Virus record (IMG/VR): IMGVR_UViG_3300043434_000693
Location: 1 to 64,000 of that record
Strand: one strand, 5' to 3'
From: a virus
DNA: 64,000 nt
Of this stretch, positions 48,467-56,514 are shown in pieces; within the stretch, counting starts at the first letter, position 1, and each line of letters opens with the position of its first letter. A model generated the notes under the pieces. It saw only the letters and a program-made list of their open reading frames with translations, ran no database searches and was not told where the DNA came from. The translations under genes and the position numbers were made by a program.

Positions 48467-49461
48467 AATGCTTTGATTCTAGTCTTCCCGGTTGCTGTAT
48501 TTTTTTGAACATTTGGACTTATATCTACCCATGTTCCTTGATCTGGGATTTGAGGAGTAGATACTTTAGGCTTTTCGCTCGGGGTAGGCGATTGTTTTGG
48601 TGCTGGTTGAGTTTTATTACTAGTCGACGGTTCAACTGATTGATCAGTAGGTACTTCCGGTGATTGATCAGTAGATGTATCGGCTGTTTCCGAACCTTTA
48701 ATTGCTGTAATTAATGCATTCTTTGCTTTATTATACAATGCACCCGAAATCTCAACACCTTCTGCTGTTATCAAAGTAGCAAGTGCTTTCCTTCCTTCTG
48801 CGGTATTAATCCATGCATAGAATGCTGCGGTAGCAGCAGGTGCTAGTGCAGACAATAACGGTCCCACAAATGGAATTGCACCTAAAACTTTAGTAATAAT
48901 AGGACCACTAATTAACATTGCAGCAATGCTATCTACTAATAAACCTTGTTCAAATAGTTTACGTTCGTTAAACGAAGCTTCTGTCATTTTATTGCTTGCT
49001 AGTTGTTGTTCGTATGCAGACATATGAACATAATATTGATAAAAAGGTGCTATTAATCCTATTGATTTAACAAATTTTAACAACTTACCTGCACTAGACT
49101 TAAAAATTTCAAACCCTTTACCAATTTGAGATCCTATTTGAGCTGCACTTTGTGAAACTGATAATTCTCTAGCAAGTGCAGGTGCTTTTGACTGGGCAAG
49201 TTTTAATACTCGTGGATCATTAGCAAACTTCTTTCCTACAATAGCTTCAATTTGTGCTGGATCTGTAGTTCTTATAGATCCATGATCTAAAATTTCATTA
49301 GCCCATGTTTGTGCTAAATTTTTTATAGCATCTGGCTTTGATAAAGTATTTGCGATACTTGACATCGCCGAAGAAACACCAGGGATAGCAGAAGCCATCT
49401 TTGTAAATATTCCTGCTTCATTAAGATCATTATTTTCGGAAACAATTTCACTAATTTTCAT
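48463..49461 (-). CDS. Late protein with hydrophobic segment, possible internal head/ejection protein
   Basis: N-terminal MKISEIVSE..LNE, a long hydrophobic stretch and a Pro/Ser/Thr-rich tail; perfect late box upstream. Confidence 0.5.
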   Translation of the reverse strand: MKISEIVSENNDLNEAGIFTKMASAIPGVSSAMSSIANTLSKPDAIKNLAQTWANEILDHGSIRTTDPAQIEAIVGKKFANDPRVLKLAQSKAPALARELSVSQSAAQIGSQIGKGFEIFKSSAGKLLKFVKSIGLIAPFYQYYVHMSAYEQQLASNKMTEASFNERKLFEQGLLVDSIAAMLISGPIITKVLGAIPFVGPLLSALAPAATAAFYAWINTAEGRKALATLITAEGVEISGALYNKAKNALITAIKGSETADTSTDQSPEVPTDQSVEPSTSNKTQPAPKQSPTPSEKPKVSTPQIPDQGTWVDISPNVQKNTATGKTRIKAF

Positions 49462-49482
49462 TTTTCAAAATCCTTATAGAAC

Positions 49483-49490
49483 TATTTATA
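49483..49490 (-). promoter_or_regulatory. Late promoter TATAAATA
   Basis: Perfect consensus 21 nt upstream of the 49461 start. Confidence 0.75.
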
Positions 49491-50018
49491 GTTGAACTAC
49501 GTTCAACTGTGTTTTCGCTATCGCTCAACACATATTGTTTCTTTTTTGAAGGGCGAAGCATTTTTAAGATTATCTAGATTAATCGGCCATATTTCGCCCT
49601 GCGAGGGGCGAAAAAAATAAACTGGATATTATCTGAGTATCACAGCCATATAGCGTTAGGACTATAATGTTACATAAAGATAGCATAAATCAATTAAATG
49701 TTATCTTTATGTAGCATTTCGTAGGCGGTCATCCGGTACCTACTCATCCCGTCTTCGTAATGACGGCGGTTTGCAAATATACGCTATAACATATATGCAA
49801 ACGCGAAGGGTTTCCCTTCTCTTTTAGCCTTTATTGTTCTAGATAGTTTAAACCGGTTCTGTGAAGGCACATCCGATCATGGTCCTGTTAAGGATACTAA
49901 ACTAAATCTCTGCTACAGCCCAGAAATCCCGCCTTGCGACTTCACCAAGGGTAAGGACACCTAAATATCTTGCCGGTGTGAGCATTATCTGTAGTTAAAT
50001 TGCCTAAATATGCCTTAA
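49490..50018 (-). ncRNA. Candidate large structured non-coding RNA (~450-530 nt), family not recognised
   Basis: Largest ORF-free gap in the window. More than 12 hand-paired helices, G-U pairs mostly on the minus strand, and three loop-mediated pseudoknot/kissing pairings. Confidence 0.7.
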
Positions 50019-50669
50019 TTATGATTTTTTATTAGATAGAAGCCTGCCACGAATAAACCCTTCGCTTGGACAATTTATAGACATTGTACAAGTAACTCCG
50101 TTATTCCACCAAACTTTACCTTTACGTTTTTCTTTAAGAATTGCCTTTTGTTCATCAGTCCATTGGTAGTTGAACATAGAATTGTTTTCTCCTGATGTAT
50201 GCGATCGAGGACCTCTACACGAATTAGAAATTTTTTGTCTACGTTCTTCTGATATTGGACCGTATTTTTTACCTAAATGTGATTGTCTTTTCTTTTCTTT
50301 AGTTTCTTTTGAATCTTTAATGCCTAATCTGCTAGGCGGAGTTCTAGGATTCTTTTTATTATATTCACTTAGTTTAACATTTTTAAATCCGGGTGATTGC
50401 CCATCGATACCGTTTTCGATAACGCAATTTGCCCATTCTTTTGATTCTACTATCATATTTTTTACAGAAAAATCAATTGCAAACTTTTTACACTCTTCTA
50501 AATTGTCAAATTTCCAAATTTGAACAGTTTCAACATAGTTTCCATGCTGTATTACATGTCGTTTCCAATAAATCCCTGACCCTTTATATTTGTAAGGATC
50601 CTTAATAGTTTTACCAAAGTAGTTTAAACCTGTGACTAAATGGCGTTTGTGATATAGATATGTAATCAC
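50019..50669 (-). mobile_element. Free-standing GIY-YIG homing endonuclease (Seg-like) with NUMOD3-type repeats
   Basis: YLYHKRH..GLNYFGKT..PYKYKGSG catalytic region, WANC..ENG, SKETKEKKRQSHLGKK and SEERRQKISNS repeats, terminal WWNNG..GFIRGRL. GTG start overlaps the upstream TGA. Confidence 0.8.
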
Positions 50670-51100
50670 CCAAATAATTTACCATTTATATGTTTCTTAT
50701 GAACTCGTACTTGCACATGACCGTTGTAATAAGAATCTGATTCTAATACTTTTCTACTAAATTGTTCTCTTGCCTCTACGTACGAACACTCTGCCTTTGA
50801 TTTACAATAATAAAGTATTTCTCGTTTGAAGTTATCTTCGCCTAATTTTTTAACGTCGTTATTAAGCTCGATGTTTGATCCGTAATATTCCCGCCAGTCT
50901 GAATCTATTTTAGTTTTAATTCTTTTCTTTTTCTTCTTGCCGTTTTTTAATGTAACAACCTTATAAGAAGTTTTTGTGAATTGTGCTAGTTTTTTACCAA
51001 TATACATTCGACCATTGGTTAAATTAGTGATGAGATAGACAAAGCCTACACAATCGTCGGGAAGAGTCTCGATGATTTTTTTCTTGTAGTGCCATGACAT
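50666..51100 (-). CDS. Small stand-alone GIY-YIG nuclease (144 aa)
   Basis: GFVYLITNLTNGRMYIGKK, DWREYYGS, NFKREIL, YVEAREQ, YYNG; Lys-rich insert; no C-terminal DNA-binding repeats. Confidence 0.85.
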   Translation of the reverse strand: MSWHYKKKIIETLPDDCVGFVYLITNLTNGRMYIGKKLAQFTKTSYKVVTLKNGKKKKKRIKTKIDSDWREYYGSNIELNNDVKKLGEDNFKREILYYCKSKAECSYVEAREQFSRKVLESDSYYNGHVQVRVHKKHINGKLFG

Positions 51101-51105
51101 ATCCT

Positions 51106-51387
51106 TTAATTATCATCGCTTAATCCGTCATTTGAGCCATTTTGATTTTTTCGAGCCTCTATTCTTTTTAAGCCTGCTTTACTTGCCTTCATAGGAGCAA
51201 AGTTATCATATCTCCATTCTTGGATAAGTTTTCTTTGCTCCGAACATAATTTTCTAATCTTTTTTAAACTATTTCTTACCCTAATTGCTGATCTATGACT
51301 TTGATTTACTGCCCAAAGTTGATTTAGTTCGAAATATTTTCGAAACTCTTTCATTATTTCGTCATGTAATTCAGAATCTGGAATCAT
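51106..51387 (-). CDS. Small basic protein, possibly histone-H1-like nucleic-acid binder
   Basis: SAIRVRNSLKKIRKLCSEQRKLIQE resembles the AgtRaRkaL.el.kl.k..Rk.i motif of small phage/bacterial H1-like proteins. Confidence 0.4.
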   Translation of the reverse strand: MIPDSELHDEIMKEFRKYFELNQLWAVNQSHRSAIRVRNSLKKIRKLCSEQRKLIQEWRYDNFAPMKASKAGLKRIEARKNQNGSNDGLSDDN

Positions 51388-53166
51388 TTATCTAATCTCT
51401 AAATCGTTTGCATACGATGTAAAACCGTTTTCTTTGATAACCTTTAATACATTACTAACACGACCTACTAATTCGTCTTTATGACTAATTAAGAAAATAT
51501 TTTTCTTACGTTCTCGACCCATCTTCTTTAGTACAGATAACGCATTTTCAACACCGTTTGCATCCAACCCGTTATCAATAAGTTCGTCTACAAACAACAA
51601 ATTAATTCCTTGATATAAACTTTCCCAAACATCTCTAAATGCCCATGAAAGACCTAAAATTAATCGATTCCTTTCTCCTCTTGACAAGTTATCAAAGTCT
51701 AAGTCTTGCCCCAATTGTGTAATTTCAACTGTTAGATCGTTTTGGAATGTGACAAGATGCGGTAATCCCATCTTGTCTAGATAATAAGTTAACCGATTGT
51801 TCAAATAACCTAAATTTTGATCGATAATCTTTTTTCTTATAAAACTGTCCTTACTTGTTAACAATTTTAATAGGAATTCTTGATGTTCTTTTAACTCGGT
51901 TAACGAATTTATTTCTTCCCACGAAATGTCTTGTAACGCAGTATTTCGTAAATTATCAATTTGCTCTTGATAAGGGTCTATTTCGTCAGATTTATTAATC
52001 AGTTGTGTTTCAAGAGACGCAAGATTATTTTGATGTTTTAATGCTTCTTCGACGGTTTCATAGTACGGTTCTGGTCTTAGACCTAGTTCACCAAACGATT
52101 GAAGTTCAAGTGACACTTTGTTCAATTGAGATGATACATTGTGAAGATAGTCTTGCGATTCAGATAAGTGGCTAGTAGCAAGAGCAGTTAACTCTTCATG
52201 TTTATGATCATGCAGCTCTTGATCACACGCATGACATGTTTTATTCTTTAAACTTTCTAATTCTTTAGCATACTTGTCAGATGTTTTTTGAGCCTGTATA
52301 ACTGATGATTCTAGTGTAGCTTTTTCTTTAGTAAGACTCTTAATCTTAGCTGATGCTGCATCGTATTCTTTAACGGTTGCATGTACTAATAATTCTGCTT
52401 CAATATCAATACTTTCTAATTCAACGATAGCTTTACCGATTTTTTCTAAAGTTTGATATTTTTGTTGATTCCATGCAGACAACTTTTTCTCGAGACTATC
52501 GATACTTTCTTGTATTTTTTCGTTAGTTTTTTTAATTGCTTCGATGTTAGCAGTCTCTTGAATTATTTGATCTTTTGTGGATTTAATTTTAATTTTTAAA
52601 GATTCTGCCTTATCGGATAATTGTGTAATCCCTAACAGTTGTTCGATGATTTCTCTCTGATCTGAAGACCTCATAGATAAAAACGGTTCGGAGTAGGTAT
52701 TGAGCATAAGAATATGCTTGGCCATAGTGTGGCTCATACCAATCAAATCAGTTAAATCTTTTTGAGTTTCTCGATTGTCACCTTGTGCATCATCAGTTTC
52801 TTCTTGTTCTTGTTCTTGATCGTTAACATAAAATTTAAGAATAGACGGTTTCCTTCCTCGTTCGATGCGATAGTTGACACCGTTTTTTTCAAATGCAAGT
52901 GTTACTAACATATTTTTATTATTAATTTTATTGATCAAGTTATCTTTTTTAATGTTAGTCAAAGCAATGCCAAACAACGCATAACTTAATGCATTAACGA
53001 TGGTAGTTTTTCCGGTACCGTTTCTTGATCCGCTATCGTCTCCACCTTGATCGAGATTTTCACCGAGAACTAATGTTAAGTTTTCTCGAGCGAAATCTAC
53101 AGCCTGGGTTTGATTACCCACACTCATAAAATTTTTTACGGTTAAAGTTTTTAAATTAATAGACAT
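51388..53166 (-). CDS. gp46: Recombination endonuclease ATPase subunit, gp46/SbcC/Rad50-like
   Basis: KNFMSVGN, Walker A NGTGKTT, zinc hook CHAC, signature LSRGE, Walker B LLFVDE, ISHK. Confidence 0.95.
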   Translation of the reverse strand: MSINLKTLTVKNFMSVGNQTQAVDFARENLTLVLGENLDQGGDDSGSRNGTGKTTIVNALSYALFGIALTNIKKDNLINKINNKNMLVTLAFEKNGVNYRIERGRKPSILKFYVNDQEQEQEETDDAQGDNRETQKDLTDLIGMSHTMAKHILMLNTYSEPFLSMRSSDQREIIEQLLGITQLSDKAESLKIKIKSTKDQIIQETANIEAIKKTNEKIQESIDSLEKKLSAWNQQKYQTLEKIGKAIVELESIDIEAELLVHATVKEYDAASAKIKSLTKEKATLESSVIQAQKTSDKYAKELESLKNKTCHACDQELHDHKHEELTALATSHLSESQDYLHNVSSQLNKVSLELQSFGELGLRPEPYYETVEEALKHQNNLASLETQLINKSDEIDPYQEQIDNLRNTALQDISWEEINSLTELKEHQEFLLKLLTSKDSFIRKKIIDQNLGYLNNRLTYYLDKMGLPHLVTFQNDLTVEITQLGQDLDFDNLSRGERNRLILGLSWAFRDVWESLYQGINLLFVDELIDNGLDANGVENALSVLKKMGRERKKNIFLISHKDELVGRVSNVLKVIKENGFTSYANDLEIR

Positions 53167-54179
53167 TATAGATCGTTGTATATAGATAGTAACATATTTT
53201 TATTATATGCTTCGGAATCGATATTTACAAGCTGATTTGATACAATCTGATCAATTGATTCAAATGCTTGTACATCAAATTCAGTATTGATAACTGAATC
53301 TTTCTTTTCTGCTATTAATGTGATCTCTCGAAGATTATATTCTTTTATAAATTTTTCTTTAATAAAACTAGCCTCTTCAAAAGTAATATCAATATCTAAC
53401 GAAACTCTAAGATGTTGTTTTGGCCTTAACATTTGGTCTGAATTATCGATCAAATTACTAAGACTAGTATTTCGAAAAGTTGGTTGTTGAGGCCACGTAT
53501 GAAACTCTGGCTCTTGACCCCATTCTAAGATCATCATACCTCGATCATCGTCCCAAGAATCAGAATAGTTATGAGGGAATGCATTTCCGATGTAACAGAT
53601 ATTTTTGTTTCGTTGCCGTTTATGGAAATGCCCGCTAAATGCTAGATCATAATTTTTAAAATGTCCTAATTGTATTTCTCCATGATCTGGCATTTGAATC
53701 ATTGCATTCATATAAAATGTAGGTAGTTCAAAATGACCAAAAATATATTTGGAAGATTTTTTAGTAATTTGTTTCCATTCGTCGCCGACTAGCCACGGAC
53801 ATAGTGTTACATCACCCTCGGTAAAAGGATGATGTACAACAGTAATTCCGGGTATATATTTTCCAAATTCTACAGAATGAATATCCCGCTTGTCTTTATA
53901 GTATAGATCATGATTGCCAGGGAAAAAATAAAAGTTATCAAACGCTTGACCGAGTTTTTCAAGGGCGCGTAAACTATAATCCATGGTAGTAATATTAAGA
54001 CTGTTGCGATTATGATGCCAGTCTCCCAAGAATATTCCTGTGTCACATCCTTCCTCCTGTGCTTTTTTAATAAACCAATCAACAAAGTCTTCGCAGTCTT
54101 GATTGTGGACCGAACTATTTGACTTTAAACCAAAATGAATGTCAGTAAAACATGCTGCTTTCTTAAAAAGATTGCTCAT
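53166..54179 (-). CDS. gp47: Recombination endonuclease nuclease subunit, gp47/SbcD/Mre11-like
   Basis: Metallophosphoesterase motifs DIHFG, LGDWHH, GNHD, GHFE, SGHFH. Confidence 0.95.
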   Translation of the reverse strand: MSNLFKKAACFTDIHFGLKSNSSVHNQDCEDFVDWFIKKAQEEGCDTGIFLGDWHHNRNSLNITTMDYSLRALEKLGQAFDNFYFFPGNHDLYYKDKRDIHSVEFGKYIPGITVVHHPFTEGDVTLCPWLVGDEWKQITKKSSKYIFGHFELPTFYMNAMIQMPDHGEIQLGHFKNYDLAFSGHFHKRQRNKNICYIGNAFPHNYSDSWDDDRGMMILEWGQEPEFHTWPQQPTFRNTSLSNLIDNSDQMLRPKQHLRVSLDIDITFEEASFIKEKFIKEYNLREITLIAEKKDSVINTEFDVQAFESIDQIVSNQLVNIDSEAYNKNMLLSIYNDL

Positions 54180-54403
54180 TTACCTTCCCCAAATTGCAAC
54201 ACGAACCAATTAGAATATTTCTCTTCTGAAATATCTAAGTAACCGAGGCTTAAACAAAATGGATCCTCGGGATCAGAAAAAATTTTACAATGATATTGTT
54301 CTTCGAAAAATTCATAAAATTCTTTATCTGCAGGCAAATTATGATTGTTCTTAACAAAATCGATTGCTTCATTAACCCTAGGGTCTTTTAAATCAATTCT
54401 CAT
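54176..54403 (-). CDS. Hypothetical protein (75 aa)
   Basis: Overlaps both neighbours by 4 nt (translational coupling). Confidence 0.6.
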   Translation of the reverse strand: MRIDLKDPRVNEAIDFVKNNHNLPADKEFYEFFEEQYHCKIFSDPEDPFCLSLGYLDISEEKYSNWFVLQFGEGK

Positions 54404-55230
54404 TCGTGATCCTCATTATAACGTTTTACTGAAGCTTCGTACTCTCCAGCACTAGTTCTAGTGTAGCTCGGGTTCATTCCGTTCATTTCAAGTATATCGT
54501 CTCTAATGTTTTGATTTCGTTTTTCAATGTTAATCACTCTTACAAAACTGTTTGTAACAGCAGCGGTAAAATATGCAAATGGGTTGTCTGATTTAGACTC
54601 GTCGAATTGTAATCCAATTTGAGTAAGTTGTAAAATTGCTTGGCCTCGCATTTCGTCATTGTAAGTATATCCTCGAACGTTTCCTCGAGTTGCGTATCTC
54701 TCACACAATTTTAACATCATACGAGCTAAAGTATCAGTTATTTGTCCTGCGTTTTTATCGAAATGACCAGTATCTAACGGGCCTTTCCAGTGACTCTTTC
54801 CGACGCAGACAAGTTCGTCGCTTTCATTAAATTTCCAGTGTTGGAAAGGGGGGAAATTAACTTTTTCGTGTCGATCTGCGGTGTTTTTTGGATTTTTTTT
54901 GCGAGTAGAATTAAGGGGGATATGACTAAAGGACATAATTCTAAAAACCAAATCTAATTTATTAATTTTTTTATAATCAACTTCGCAATCAGCTTGTTTA
55001 ATTTTTTCGCCTTCGGATTTTCTTCTAATATATTCAGCGTCAGCTAATCTCTTAGCTCTATTTCTTTTTGCTTCCGCAACAGTTCTAATATTAACCTTAT
55101 CAATACCTTGTAAAATAATGTCGTATTGATGATATTCTGGTTTTTCAAACACACAGTAAGAACTTTTTGATCTGTGTATTTCTAATAACATGTCCTTGTT
55201 GTTAAGATAATTTATTTTTGATGGTACCAC
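54400..55230 (-). CDS. gp55: Late-transcription sigma factor, gp55-like
   Basis: NYLNNKDML, YTYNDEM..AI, FDESKSDNPFAYFT..NSFVRVINIEK; upstream of gp47/gp46 as in T4-like phages. Confidence 0.9.
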   Translation of the reverse strand: MVPSKINYLNNKDMLLEIHRSKSSYCVFEKPEYHQYDIILQGIDKVNIRTVAEAKRNRAKRLADAEYIRRKSEGEKIKQADCEVDYKKINKLDLVFRIMSFSHIPLNSTRKKNPKNTADRHEKVNFPPFQHWKFNESDELVCVGKSHWKGPLDTGHFDKNAGQITDTLARMMLKLCERYATRGNVRGYTYNDEMRGQAILQLTQIGLQFDESKSDNPFAYFTAAVTNSFVRVINIEKRNQNIRDDILEMNGMNPSYTRTSAGEYEASVKRYNEDHE

Positions 55231-55252
55231 GTATAAAACTCCTATTACTAAT

Positions 55253-55281
55253 AATATAAACTACGCACTTTAAAAAGTCAA
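55253..55281 (-). promoter_or_regulatory. Sigma70-type promoter for the gp55-gp47-gp46 operon
   Basis: TTGACT (55281-55276), 17-nt spacer, TATATT (55258-55253). Confidence 0.75.
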
Positions 55282-55288
55282 ATAAATA
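55281..55288 (+). promoter_or_regulatory. Late promoter box AATAAATA for the baseplate operon
   Basis: 23 nt upstream of the 55312 start. Confidence 0.65.
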
Positions 55289-55311
55289 ATATACCAAAAT
55301 AGGATATAATT

Positions 55312-56208
55312 ATGACTTCAATACCAAATTACATTAGTGATGTTGGAAATGTAATTTCATCTCTCAGCCGCCCTAAAATTAATACGGAAACAGTTGGGGA
55401 TGTTTTAAGTGCAGTTGCAGTTTTTTCTGATAAAGATTCAAATGACTGGCGAGCTAGATTAAGTTTACCTCCATGGATTAGTTTTAGAACTAGTCCCGCA
55501 TTAAAGCCGTTAATTGATGCAGGCGGATTAGTTTTTCCGTATACTCCCACGATCCAACTTGAAAGTTCTGCAAACTATCAACAGATAAGTCCGGTGCATT
55601 CAAACAATGTATTTCAAGCATATCAAAGCAGTAATCCGGGAAAAATAACAGTTACAGCACCTATGAATGTTGAAGATACTTCTCAAGCATTATATTGGAT
55701 CGGTGTATTACATTTTTTAAGATCGCTTACTAAGATGTTTTCTGGTAATGATCCTAAAGCAGGTAATCCTCCTCCGATAGTATATTTCAATGCATACGGA
55801 GGTTATGTATTTAAGAATGTTCCTGTGGTAGTGACAAATTTTAATACTATGTTGCCCAAAGATTGTGATTATATTCCTGTGAATGTATCTGGAAGTTTAG
55901 CTGGTGAAGTATCGACTATTGCTGGAGGTATAGGAGGTTTAGCAAATTCTGTAGGCCAAACTATATCAGGCACCGGTACGTTAGCATCGTCGATTGCTGG
56001 TTTAGCCGGGGGTGTGCAACCAGCAGCAAGTTTATTAGGTACATTCGGTCTTGGTGGTACAGTTAGCGGCGGAACTGCATATGTTCCGTCAAAAAGTGAA
56101 TTTTCGATTACTTTACAACCTGTTTACAGTAGAACAAACGTAAGAAACTTTAGCCTAGATACATTTGTTACAGGCGGTTATCTTAATAATTATTTTGGAT
56201 ATATTTAA
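55312..56208 (+). CDS. Baseplate tail-tube initiator/cap protein (gp48/gp54-like)
   Basis: GLVFPYTPTI, HFLRSLTKM, GNPPPIVYFNAYG..FKNVPVVV; first gene of the baseplate operon. Confidence 0.55.
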   Translation: MTSIPNYISDVGNVISSLSRPKINTETVGDVLSAVAVFSDKDSNDWRARLSLPPWISFRTSPALKPLIDAGGLVFPYTPTIQLESSANYQQISPVHSNNVFQAYQSSNPGKITVTAPMNVEDTSQALYWIGVLHFLRSLTKMFSGNDPKAGNPPPIVYFNAYGGYVFKNVPVVVTNFNTMLPKDCDYIPVNVSGSLAGEVSTIAGGIGGLANSVGQTISGTGTLASSIAGLAGGVQPAASLLGTFGLGGTVSGGTAYVPSKSEFSITLQPVYSRTNVRNFSLDTFVTGGYLNNYFGYI

Positions 56209-56210
56209 AA

Positions 56211-56513
56211 ATGGCTGCAAGATACACAAATACAAGTCCTTGGTATAAAACTCCTATTCAACAAGACTATTTAGATATACTAACAATTAGACCAGTGAGT
56301 GCAGAGGTAGACGATGTGTTGTTTACTATCACACCGCAATATGCATATAGACCGGATTTGTTAGCATATGATGCATACGGTGAAGCAAGTTTATGGTGGG
56401 TGTTTGTTCAACGGAATTTAGATGTGTTGCAAGATCCGATATTTGATTTTACCCCGGGTAAACAAATTTATTTGCCGAAGAGTAGTAAACTAAAAGAAGT
56501 ATTAGGAATTTAA
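56211..56513 (+). CDS. Baseplate wedge protein, gp53/LysM-like
   Basis: YAYRPDLLAYDAYG...LWWVF..N...DPIFDF..G..IYLP. Confidence 0.8.
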   Translation: MAARYTNTSPWYKTPIQQDYLDILTIRPVSAEVDDVLFTITPQYAYRPDLLAYDAYGEASLWWVFVQRNLDVLQDPIFDFTPGKQIYLPKSSKLKEVLGI

Positions 56514-56514
56514 A

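Noticed and set aside
49490-50018. Group I intron, RNase P or tmRNA identity for the structured region (AUUAUAGUCC resembles the group I S element; ACAGAACCGGUUUA resembles the RNase P 3' motif)
   Set aside because: No matching GACUA P7 partner, no interrupted host gene, no GAGGAAAGUCC motif and no tRNA-like ends. The short resemblances are not enough to assign a family.
50666-51100. Calling the small GIY-YIG protein T4 endonuclease II (denA)
   Set aside because: Only the generic GIY-YIG motif is shared; the rest looks more like a Seg-type catalytic domain, so no gene symbol was assigned.
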